Assembly: GCA_002269645.1 (NCBI GenBank)
Contig: NIVC01000323.1
Coordinates: forward strand, 186,001-250,000
Source: Macrostomum lignano
Lineage: Eukaryota
Direction: 5' to 3'
DNA: 64,000 nt
Below the pieces are notes generated by a model. That model was not told the DNA's origin and ran no database searches. It worked only from the letters and a program-made list of their open reading frames with translations. The position numbers and the translations under genes are program-made. Of this stretch, positions 22,029 to 33,700 are shown piece by piece (within the stretch, counting starts at the first letter, position 1; each line of letters starts with the position of its first letter).

Positions 22029-24760
22029 CATCAATCAAAATCTCTTGAAGTGTGCAAGAATGTATCTCAATAATTTTTTTGTCTTTATTTCCTTTAAGTT
22101 TATTTGCACATTTTTGGAGCATATCAATCACTATATATTGTTATTCTCACTTGTTACCAAAGTGGCTATTACTAAAGTAGACTATTACCCTGGCTAATAG
22201 TCAATGCCAGGATCTATAGAAAGCTATATTGGCAAATTTGGATATGTTTTTTTCATTTTCCCAAATAACCAAGTCACTAAATGCAAGGTCTAGTAAGTAG
22301 GGTGGGTTTGGTAGCACTTGGAAGCCTATGTCTAAAGCAGCATTATGCAACTTCTATAGGACTTAAATAGGCCTATAGTATTCATTATTGATTGTGGCAC
22401 TATAGGGAAGCCATTTGATAAGTAAAATGCCCTCTTTGTCCTAGAAGCTAGTGGCTATTTGTTTGCCAGCTAGCTGAAAGTGCAGCCAAGGTCTTGACAA
22501 GTATAGGCTCATGGCTAGCCTTCCACATAAGTCTATTCTATATCATACTTTTTGGCTTACTATAATAGAACCAGGATTTATCCCCAAACATAATTCTATT
22601 CAAAAAGTTGGGATCACTACAATATGACTTAAAGAGCTACTAAAACACCTAGACCCACTCTCGCTACTATTGGTTAGTCAAAAGTTTTGGGACCCAATAA
22701 GCAACAATGCACAATATACCAAGTTCAATTGTTAGGATTGAGTGAATAGTCATTAATGAGATGCTTGTAATGGTTTACAACTCTTGCACTGTGATATGGC
22801 AGTCAACACCTAGAACATGATATATAAGCACAATGTTTGACCTATTGACCATGGTGGCAGGCTGGCTGCTCCATGGAAGGTTATCACTATCTCCTAGTCA
22901 TCTTTAGATGCTGTACCCACTTGTTGACAATGGGTTTTGATAGTGCATATTCACTATAGATTGCTTGTACTTTGCAAATAATTTCCACTTGTTGCTTCTT
23001 TGGCTTTCATAGAAACTTCTTTTCTTCTTTGTTATTTTGCATAGTGAAAAAAGTGTGTAACTAAAAACATTGCAAAAAGGAAATACCTGGCTTAAACAAA
23101 AGCACTCTTGCTTTAAAACATTTAGGGTATAATATTTGTCTATGGTATAAAGTTTCAAGACAAAGTAGTAACTCCAAAAAGATATGCATGTTTGATTGCA
23201 AACTTTCAAAACAAATTTTATAGTATATATTAATGCTAGAAAATTATGGCATATACAAAGAAGGAAAGGTCATAGGAACCAATTAAAAAGATGGTAGATC
23301 AAAGGGCAATGTTCATAAGGGCAATGGTTATAAAAATTATATTGGCATTATACATGCATGTAAAATAATGGACCAATGACTTTTCAAGTCAAATATCAAA
23401 AATTAGGAAATGTTTTTATTATTTGACAAGGCTTTTTAAAAATATATGGAAATAGCAAGTTTTCATTTTTAGCACAAAAATTTAACCAACTCTAACCTAG
23501 AAAGCATTTCTTTGTGGAAATTTTCAACATGGGGCCATAGTTCTGTGGTGTTTGCAAATATTATAGGGCATGTATTTGTATACAGCTAGCACTTAGCAAT
23601 TTTAGTATTATCGATAGTAGACTTTGAAAAAATACCTGATTTTAATCATAGCATAATTGAAAAAGTGAAATATCAAATATCATTATAAAGAAAATAATGA
23701 ATAAAACTAATCCAATGTAAGTTTAGTAGAATAAGAAAGAGAGAGACTTATTTATTGCTTGTCTATATACATAGGTCTATTCTCTAGGTCTGAAATTAGC
23801 AATTAGAATGAGCAATTAGCAATTAAATTAGAAATTAGCCACTTGCATAAGAGCAACTTTTGTATTCAAGAATTTCATTTGTCAGAGCCTTATTTTATTC
23901 ATTGAACTCCAAGGTCAAACATTGATATGCCTTGATAAGGTTACCAAATTTGCAATCAGGTCTTCCAAAAAAGGCATCTTCTTTAAAACTGCCTATATTA
24001 CATTTTTGTGCCCCTATCTGGTATTAGAATAAGTCCAAAAGATCCTATCCAATCTCTTAAATATGAAGGCCTTTAACTAATTTAAAAGGTAATAAAAATG
24101 AAGACTAACAACGTTTATCAGACAGTATGATCTTTGCTTAGAGTTGAAGTGCCAGTGATTTATTTTTCCTTTCTAGTCTCTTTGGGACCCCTCCAAGTCT
24201 GAGGTTTTGGGCTCCTAGAGTGCTTGTGTTTATACACATTTAAATCAAGAACTAGCATAGTCCAGTTGAGCTTGATAGTGTGAAGAGGTCACTTCATAGG
24301 AATTTGACCCTTTGAAACTTGTTAGAGTTTTAGTAACCACAAAAAATGAATAGACTGCTTTAATTTCTTAGTAAAATAGTTTGGAGTTCACTATTCATCA
24401 TTTCTGTTATATATAGTAACATAATTTATAGTTTAAATTGTAGTGAGCAAAATTGAAAAAAAAATTTTAAACCACAAAAGATGGTTTTTCCTTTATTTAA
24501 AGGCAAAATAGATTTTTTATACTAACAGTTAGATGCCAAATTTTCTATAATCAGCATTGTTATATACTTCAATATTTATCAACATATTCTCACTTTGACA
24601 ATATACATTAATTGTCCATCTCTGTTTGATGCAATAATTTCATCAATATTTAAGGGCACTACATAATCAACTATCAGTGTAGAATTGCTTGTAACCAATC
24701 CCAGCATTACTTAGATTGGAGAGCTCTTTTAAAAATAAACAAAGATTAAAAGAACACAAG

Positions 24761-26098
24761 ATGCAGACAGGCCGACAATGCCAGTTTAAGCTTGTCCTAC
24801 TTGGCGAGTCTGCTGTTGGCAAATCGTCTTTAGTGCTTCGATTTGTTAAGGGCCAGTTTCACGAATACCAGGAGTCCACCATTGGTGCAGCTTTTCTAAC
24901 CCAGACTGTGGTTGTGGACGATGTTACAGTTAAATTTGAAATCTGGGACACTGCCGGTCAGGTTAGTTGAATTATTTATTTAAAAGTGCATTGTGTTCTT
25001 TTTATGCTACTGAAGTCTATTTTAGTCTTGTGATGAGGACTGTCATCTTGACTGGTCTGTCATTAAATGAGCTTTAAACTCCTTACAATCTGGGATCTGT
25101 AGTGTAGCTTCTTATCCTCAAATAAACCTTAATCTACCCCGTAGTATTTCCAGAATGAGGCTTTTGGGCAGCAAACAAGTTCCAACCATGGTCCTTCAGC
25201 CTTTTTTGTCGTGGCTAAATTGGAATCTGGGCTTGGCTCTGCGCGTGTCATTTATAAAGCTATTTAGAGGGCCTATACCCAAGGCACAGTGAAGTGTACA
25301 TACCTAATGATAAATAAAGTTAGGGCCGCTGTTACACTCCTGTTTGAGTGTGTGCCTGTGTGTATGACTGCTCAGGGGAGTCGACGGAATGGGCAGTAAT
25401 GCCTCTCGTCGGTTGTGTGTGTCAATTTTGCTTAAACTGCGCCAGGGTGCTCACAACCAATTCAAATCAATGCGGTTTCCAAATCAAATTGGTAGTGCAT
25501 CGGGACATCTCGTCATTTTTGAGTCGTATTAGTGTCCCTTCTTTCCTGTTTCACCTGTGTTACCTGCGCTTCTTAGCCCTATGTACCATTCTCATCGGGT
25601 TCACAGGGTATTTCAAAGGTAATATCAGCCGATTAAGGTATTACCTTTCTCACACCACGCCATCAGGAGCGCTACAACTCTCTGGCGCCAATGTACTACC
25701 GAGGCGCCCAGGCGGCCATTGTAGTGTACGACATCACCAGCGCTGACAGCTTCCAGCGGGCCAAATCGTGGATACGCGAACTGAACGAGAAAGCCACCGC
25801 GGTGAAAGTTGTGGCTCTGGCTGGCAACAAGGTGGACTTGCAGCAGCAGCGGCTGGTTGACCTCAATGAGGCCCAGCAGTTTGCAGACGACAAAGGCTTG
25901 GTCTTTATGGAGGCCAGCGCCAAGACTGCTATGAATGTTAACGATTTGTTCTTGTCTGTTGCTAAGCGGCTCACTCAGCTTGGCGATGTCGGCATGGGAG
26001 CCGGCGGTGCTGGCGGCGGCGGCGGCCAGCGGCTGCAAGGCGGCGGTGCGGCAGCCGGAGGCGAGGCTGGCTCCAGAGGCGGCGGCTGCTGCAAGTGA
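24761..26098 (+). CDS. RAB5: Rab5 small GTPase, 210 aa. Exons 24761-24961, 25667-26098
   Basis: [17 protein letters not shown], effector loop [16 protein letters not shown]|[27 protein letters not shown] and prenylation tail GGCCK. Phase-0 GT..AG intron. Upstream acceptor at 24713-24714; AATAAA at 26354. Confidence 0.97.
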
Positions 26099-26415
26099 GC
26101 CTCTGTCTGTAAGCCCAGCTGATCTGGGGCGCACCCGAGCCTGTTATGAAATATTTAACATAGTAGTAAGCCTGTGTTTCTCTTTCATTTTTTACGGACA
26201 TATTTATTATATATTATATTAACATGCTGTAATGTTCTGTTCTTAACTGCTGTTGCTACTGTTTTTAACCGCTTGGAGTCAATTTTCAGTATGGGGATTA
26301 ATTATTATTGTTATTTTTAGAAAAAACTATTTAAATTGTCTCTAAAACGTCTCAATAAATATTCTAAGCTAACTTTATTTCTTAATCCGCCTCTCAATCC
26401 CCCCTCCATGATCGC

Positions 26416-27572
26416 TTCAGGGACACAGTTGGGAGACTGGGATGAAGGAGATGAAGGACACGGTTAGGAGACTGGGATGAAGGACACAGCTAGGAGACTG
26501 GGGTGAAGGACACAATTAGGAGACTGGGATGAAGGACACAGCTGGGAGACTGGGATGAAGGACACAGCTGGGAGACTGGGATGAAGGACACAGTTGGGAG
26601 ACTGGGATGAAGGACACGGTTAGGAGACTGGGATGAAGGAGATGAAGGACACAATTAGGAGACTGGGATGAAGGACACAGTTAGGAGACTGGGATGAAGG
26701 ACACAGCTGGGAGACTGGGATGAAGGACACAGCTGGGAGACTGGGATGAAGGACACAGCTGGGAGACTGGGATGAAGGACACAGCTGGGAGACTGGGATG
26801 AAGGACACAATTAGGAGACTGGGGTGAAGGACACAATTAGGAGACTGGGATGAAGGACACAATTAGGAGACTGGGGTGAAGGACACAGCTGGGAGACTGA
26901 GATGAAGGACACAGCTGGGAGACTGGGATGAAGGACACAATTAGGAGACTGGGATGAAGGACACAGCTGGGAGACTGGGATGAAGGACACAGCTGGGAGA
27001 CTGGGATGAAGGACACTGCTGGGAGACTGGGATGAAGGACACAATTAGGAGACTGGGATGAAGGACACAGCTGGGAGACTGGGATGAAGGACACAATTAG
27101 GAGACTGGGATGAAGGACACAGCTGGGAGACTGGGGTGAAGGACACAATTAGGAGACTGGGATTAAGGACACAGTTGGGAGACTGGGATGAAGGACACAG
27201 TTGGGAGACTAGGATGAAGGACACAGCTGGGAGACTGGGATGAAGGACACAGCTGGGAGACTGGGATGAAGGACACAATTAGGAGACTGGGATGAAGGAC
27301 ACAGTTGGGAGACTGGGATGAAGGACACAATTAGGAGACTGGGATGAAGGACACAATTAGGGGACTGGGATGAAGGACACAGTTGGGAGACTGGGGTGAA
27401 GGACACAATTAGGAGACTGGGATGAAGGACACAGCTGGGAGACTGGGATGAAGGACACAGTTGGGAGACTGGGATGAAGGACACAGCTGGGAGACTGGGA
27501 TGAAGGACACAGCTGGGAGACTGGGATGAAGGACACAGCTGGGAGACTGGGATGAAGGACACAGCTGGGAGA
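26416..27572. repeat. 26-bp minisatellite (gggagactgggatgaaggacacagct)
   Basis: Tandem copies. Confidence 0.95.
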
Positions 27573-28529
27573 TTGAGCTCCCTTCACGGTCACCCCTAAG
27601 CTTATCCAAAGCAGAACCGTGAACATTTTTACTTTATTAAATAATCTGCAAGTAAATCAACTTTCCACCCCCTTGCTAGCAAAGCAGAACAGTGCCCAAT
27701 ATTGTATTGCACAAGCCGTCTCTGTTGCATGCATTGTTAACCGATTGCGTTATTATTAAGCAAAAGAAGAAAAATCACAGATTAAAAGTCGATTATGCGA
27801 TGTTGATTTTTTCTTAATCTTAAGTCTATAATATAAATATTTATCCAGAGATTTGAACTGCCGATTGAATAGCCCTGTCTAGCTAATCGTATCTGTTGCT
27901 ACCTACCGTTTTGATTACGAATAAAAATTGAAAAACTGTCAATATTCTATATTTTTGGACTCTCAAAAACATGCATAATTTCTTCTCTTTTCTTTTGTTC
28001 GTCATCTCTTCTGTGTTGTACAGAATTTTAAAAGAATTAATATATATATATGATTCAGTTATAACAAAAAACATTTTTTGTCTCCGTGTGTTCTTTATTC
28101 ATAGTTTTCCTTGTCGAAATTTTCAAATCTGATTATGATATAAGTTTATACATATATATACTTGGCTGCATCTATCCGCTAATTGCTACTGACTAGCTTG
28201 TGATCAATAGTAGTATCTATACTATTTCATGCTATTGTATCCGCATAATATAAATTGATCTATCAATCAAATAATTTAGACTGGCTTGATTGCAGACAGA
28301 TTGATTTGTTGGATATATGCAAGCTAAATGTAGTTTAATAAAGCCTAAGTTATGATGTGAAACTTTATAATTATTGTAAATTTGATAATAAACTATATAT
28401 TTCTACTCATCTCTCGTTGAATAAATTGGTTCAAACACGACTAATTTGTTGTTGAATTGTTTTATTTATTAGCTGTCACTTGCCCGTGTAAAATGCAGTT
28501 TATTGTCTTTAATAACTCCGCTTCGTTTT

Positions 28530-29170
28530 TAGTTGATGAAGGGCGTTTTTGAGAGACTGGAATGAAGGAGATAAAGGACACAGTTGAGAGACTAGGATGA
28601 AGGAGATGAAGGACACAGTTGGGAGACTGGGATGAAGGACAAAGTTCGGAGACTGGGATGAAAAACACAGTTGGGAGACTGGGATGAAGGAGATAAAGGA
28701 CACAGTTGAGAGACTAGGATGAAGGAGATGAAGGACACAGTTGGGAGACTGGGATGAAAAACACAGTTGGGAGACTGGGATGAAGGACAAAGTTCGGAGA
28801 CTGGGATGAAAAACACAGTTGGGAGACTGGGATGAAGGACAAAGTTCGGAGACTGGGATAAAAGACAAAGCTCGGAGACTGGGATGAAAAACAAAGTTCG
28901 GAGACTGGGATGAAGGACAAAGTTCGGAGACTGGGATGAAAAACACAGTTGGGAGACTGGGGTGAAGGACAAAGTTCAGAGACTGGGATGAAGGACAAAG
29001 TTCGGAGACTGGGATGAAGGACAAAGTTAGGAAACTGGGATGAAGGACACAGTTGGGAGACTGGGATGAAGGACAAAGTTGGGAGACTGGGACGAAGGAC
29101 ACAGTTAGGAGACTGGGATGAAAAAGATGAAGGACGCGGTTTGGAGACTGGGATGAAAGGGATAAAGGAC
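28530..29170. repeat. Second array of the same 26-bp family (ggagactgggatgaaggacaaagttc)
   Basis: Same core and same orientation as 26416-27572. Confidence 0.92.
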
Positions 29171-29714
29171 ACATTTTGGGAGAAGAATGCTAAGATGAAG
29201 GACCAATGTGTGGGAGTAGCAGCACTATATAAAAATCAATCTATTTTGTGCAAAAAACTTGCCTCTCTATAAGATGAAAGAAGCTGAAAGTCTGAATTCA
29301 AGAGTCCTTCGATTCTGCATTCAATCTAATCTGAGATATCGCTCACTTGAGCTGCCAGCAAGTCACGTAAATGTCTTAATTTCGGAAAGCGTTTCGCCGC
29401 GTTCGGACCGATTGAAATTGGTGAATAAATCTCTTCATCAGTAGCATATTGTTGACTGCCTTTCTGGGCGATTGCAATTCATCACGGCTTTTGTGCGCCT
29501 CTGCGAGTCTTAAGCCAGTAAGTAATAAGACTGCCATTATGATACATTGGTGTGCATATTCTTCTGCTATTACGCAGTCTTAGCTAGCAGACTGGCATAA
29601 ATTTATGGGAAATTATAGTGCCCACTGAGTGCAGTCTAAGAAATGAAGGGAAATTGGGTTTCCTATGCATGTAGGTTACTCCTTAGGGCAAGAGGATGGA
29701 GATGCGAGTGAGAT

Positions 29715-30590
29715 GAGATCTCATTTGGCTCATTCTGATCTCATGTGAGTCTATGATCTCATTTGGCTCATTCTGATCTCATGTGAGTCTATGATCTCAT
29801 TTGGCTCATTCTGATCTCCTGTGAGTCTATGATCTCATTTGGGTCATTCTGATCTCATGTGAGTCTATGATCTCATTTGGGTCATTCTGATCTCCTGTGA
29901 GTCTATGATCTCATTTGGGTCACTATTATCTCGTGCCAGTTTATGATCTCATCTGGGTCACTATGATCTCGTGTCAGTCTCTATGATCTCATCTAGGTCA
30001 CTATGATCTCGTGTCAGTTTCTAATGATCTCATCTGGGTCACTATGATCTCATATGGGTCACTATGATCTCGTGTCAGTTTCTATGATCTCATCTGGGTC
30101 ACTATGATCTCGTGTCAGTTTCTGTGATCTCATCTGGGTCACTATTATCTCATCCGGGTCACTATGATCTCGTGTCAGTTTCTGTGATCTCATCTGGGTC
30201 ACTATGATCTCGTGTCAGTTTCTGTGATCTCATCTGGGTCACTATGATCTCATCCGGGTCACTATGACCTCGTGTCAGTTTCTATGATCTTATCTGGGTC
30301 ACAATGACCTCGTGTCAGTTTCTATGATCTCATCCGGGTCACTATGACCTCGTGTCAGTTTCTATGATCTCATCTGGGTCACTATGATCTCGTGTCAGTT
30401 TCTATGATCTCATCCGGGTCGCTATGACCTCGTGTCAGTTTCTATGATCTCATCTGGGTCACTAAATGACCTCGTGTCAGTTTCTATGATCTCATCTAGG
30501 TCACTATGATCTTGTGTCAGTTTCTATGATCTCATCTAGGTCACTATGATCTCGTGTCAGTTTCTATGATCTCATCTGGTTCATTCTGAT
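29715..30590. repeat. Two-block 20+20-bp minisatellite (tatgatctcatctgggtcac / tatgatctcgtgtcagtttc)
   Basis: Alternating 20-mers sharing TATGATCTC. Confidence 0.9.
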
Positions 30591-30600
30591 ATCATTTCTG

Positions 30601-30612
30601 TGGCCAATCAGC
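30601..30612 (+). promoter_or_regulatory. CCAAT (NF-Y) box upstream of cassette A
   Basis: GGCCAATCAG with CCAAT at 30604, 172 nt before the ATG. A reverse CCAAT (ATTGG) follows at about 30649. Confidence 0.45.
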
Positions 30613-30775
30613 AAACTGGATCTGCTACCCCGTGCTGCAGCTTTTCTCATTGGCCACTGAACTCCAACGCTCTCCTCTCCTCACACCAAGACTGCATTCA
30701 GACATTTAAACGATGGCTTCCCAATACGCATTCCACTAATGCTTATTCCCTTATGAAATTTGTAAAACAGAAGTC

Positions 30776-33700
30776 ATGCAGAAACTGTCACTGCTTCTAG
30801 TAGCACTCTCACTACCGTTGTTTCCAACGCAACAGCTGCTGACTGAAGCAGCCGAAGCCATGGACTGCACCAGGCACCTGAGCGTGTACCTGGTTGTGCC
30901 CCGGTCCACCGCTTACTACCTGAGCGCTCCCACTCTGGTGCCAGCCTACAACCTGGCTTGGAAAACTATTCAACAGAGCGATCGCTATCATCGCCTTCTG
31001 AACAAGGTCACCAATGTGGTTCTCTACGAGGACATCAAGTGGTTCAACACTGTGCGCGGTCAGCCCGCTAGGGAGAACGGCAGGCCCAAGATGAGCACTG
31101 TGGACCCCTACTATCTCAACTACTATATGAATCCTTACTTTTACAACCTGTCTGCTGGGTGAGAGTCGCTGCTGATTTTCTTACCTGCAATTCTTGACAC
31201 CAAATGGATTTTTACTCTCCAAAATTGATTCCTCACCTCATGTACATCTTGATCAATCATGATAAATTTCATTTTAATCTCAAACTGATCTCATTAATCT
31301 CATCACTTATCTCACTTCTGTCTCATCCATAGTCTCATCTCCTATCTCATCTCCTATCTCAGTCCGATCTCATCTTCAAACTTACCCAATCTCATCTCCT
31401 ATCTCACCCCAATTAAATCTCTAATCTCACCCGATCTAATCCACTATCTCACCCGATCTCATCCCAAAATTCTCAACCTGATCTCATCCTCAAACTCACC
31501 CCAATTTAATCTCCAATCTCACCCCAAAATCATCTTCAATCTTAGTCCGATCTCATTCCTAATTCTCAACCTGATCTTATGCTCAATTCTCACCCCGACT
31601 TCATCTCCAATCTCACCACAATCTCATCTCCTATCTCACCCTTATCTCATCCTCAAACTCACCCCAATCTTATCCAATCTCACCCCTATCTCATCCTAGA
31701 ATAAGACTCATAAACTTCTAAGAACTGAGTTGAGAAGAAGAGAACCATATATGACATTAGTCATCTTGACAGGCCTCATTTTCGAATTCTATTGGTATTT
31801 GAAAATCGCCCTGGGGTTTGAGAGGCGACACACAAGATAAACTCCCTGCCTGCCGATGTCCCAGAGTTTACAGATCTGAGTTGCAGCAGCAGCAGCAGTT
31901 TTTGAGGGGTATCAAAGCTCATTTCCGGCCTAGAAATCCCGCATGGAAGGCGAGGGGGGGTTAGGGGAATCGATCTTGAAACTGCAACGCGGTGATTGAT
32001 TGCCCCGATGCCGGTTGGGATAACAGCTCCCCATCATCTCCCCTCCAATCCTTCTCAGGTTTCGATCTGAGCTTGGGGGCAGGCGGGGATCCTCTTTCTC
32101 TCCCTAATTCTAATTATCATTCTGAGGAGATTGTATCGGCGCTTAGGGGCCAGTCTCAGCCCTAGTCTTCTCCTGGGGGCATGTGAGCGGCTCGATTCCT
32201 TTCCCTGTTCTGAAATCTTTGCTCTTAATTTGTAATTCATCGGATTTGTAGAATTCAATCAATTAGATTAAATAGGGAAATCATTATTTTGCCAGTGTTT
32301 GCATATCTGTGTGTCTGTATGTCTATGTGTCTGCATGTCTGTGTCTGCATGCTTATGTCTGTATGTCTATGTGTCTGCATGTCTGTGTCTGCATGTCTGT
32401 GTCTGCATGTCTGTGTCTGCATGTCTATGTGTCTGCATGTCTGTGTCTGCATGCTTATGTCTGTATGTCTATGTGTCTGCATGTCTGTGTCTGCATGTCT
32501 GTGTCTGCATGTCTGTGTCTGCATGTCTATGTGTCTGCATGTCTGTGTCTGCATGCTTATGTCTGTATGTCTGTGTCTGCATGTCTGTGTCTGCATGCTT
32601 ATGTCTGTATGTCTATGTGTCTGCATGTCTGTGTCTGCATGTCTGTGTGTCTCCAAGTCTATGTATCTGCATGTCTGTGTCTGCATGTCTATGTCTGCAT
32701 GTCTGTGTCTGCATGTCTGTGTCTGCATGTCTGTGTCTGCATGTCTGTGTCTGCATGTCTATGTCTGTATTTCTATGTGTCTGCATGTCTGTGTCTGCAT
32801 GCTTATGTCTGTATGTCTATGTGTCTGCATGTCTGTGTCTGCATGTCTATGTCTGTATGTCTATGTGTCTGCATGTCTGTGTCTGCATGCTTATGTCTGT
32901 ATGTCTATGTGTCTGCATGTCTGTGTCTGCATGTCAATGTGTCTGTATGTCTATGTGTCTGTATGTCTATGTGTCTGCATGTCAATGTGTCTGTATGTCA
33001 ATGTGTCTGCATGTCTATGTGTCTGCATGTCCAAGTGTTTAATCTATGAGTAAAATCGATGTACATGCGTATTTTCAAGTCCGTTTATCTTAATGATTAT
33101 ACAGTATGCCTGTCTGCTAACTGTAAATAAAAGAATGGCAACCCAGCGTGTAGCAGAGCAGTTTGAAACAGCTGCATAGCCAAACCCGGCAACTATTTAC
33201 CAGCCTCCGTTGCCAGGTTGTTTTTCTTCTTTAACAAGCGCGCACGGCTGAGGCTGAGTCTAAAAATATGAAAATTACTTCAGCTGCCAGCACCTTCAGC
33301 GCAGGGCTGCTCCAGCGTGTGATTACTGTTCTGATCAGGAAGGAATCCCTGCAAGCCGTCATCTTCCGCGAGGCAGAAATCCCAATTAGAGTCTGGGGAG
33401 GAGGGGGGTCGAGATGGGGCTTTATTAGCGAATTTCGATGAGAGGCGGTGTGGAGACGATCTTTGAGAGTCATTGGCTTCATCAACTTTTTTGAACATCT
33501 CCAGTTGCTCTGTGAACGTTTTTATTAAATACGCTAAGCTCTACTAATGACATTGGCCATGGGGATCTGCTCTGGGTGACTCCATCCTTCTCTTCTATCA
33601 CCTGTTTTATCTGTCTGCCCCCTCCGCCCCCTCTGCCCCTCTGCCCCCTCCGCCCCCTCTGCCCTGCCCCCTCCGCCCCCTCTGCCCCTCTGCCACTCTG

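Noticed and set aside
22260-23210. Possible decayed transposase
   Set aside because: No recognisable DDE motif in any frame I read.
32255-33053. Cys/Val-rich ORFs; also 36637-37527 (LSVC)n and 38325-41309 Ser/Leu/Pro ORFs
   Set aside because: Micro- and minisatellite translations.
33200-33530. In-frame TGA as selenocysteine or readthrough in a minus-strand exon-like stretch
   Set aside because: No SECIS seen and no homology; the exon itself is unproven.
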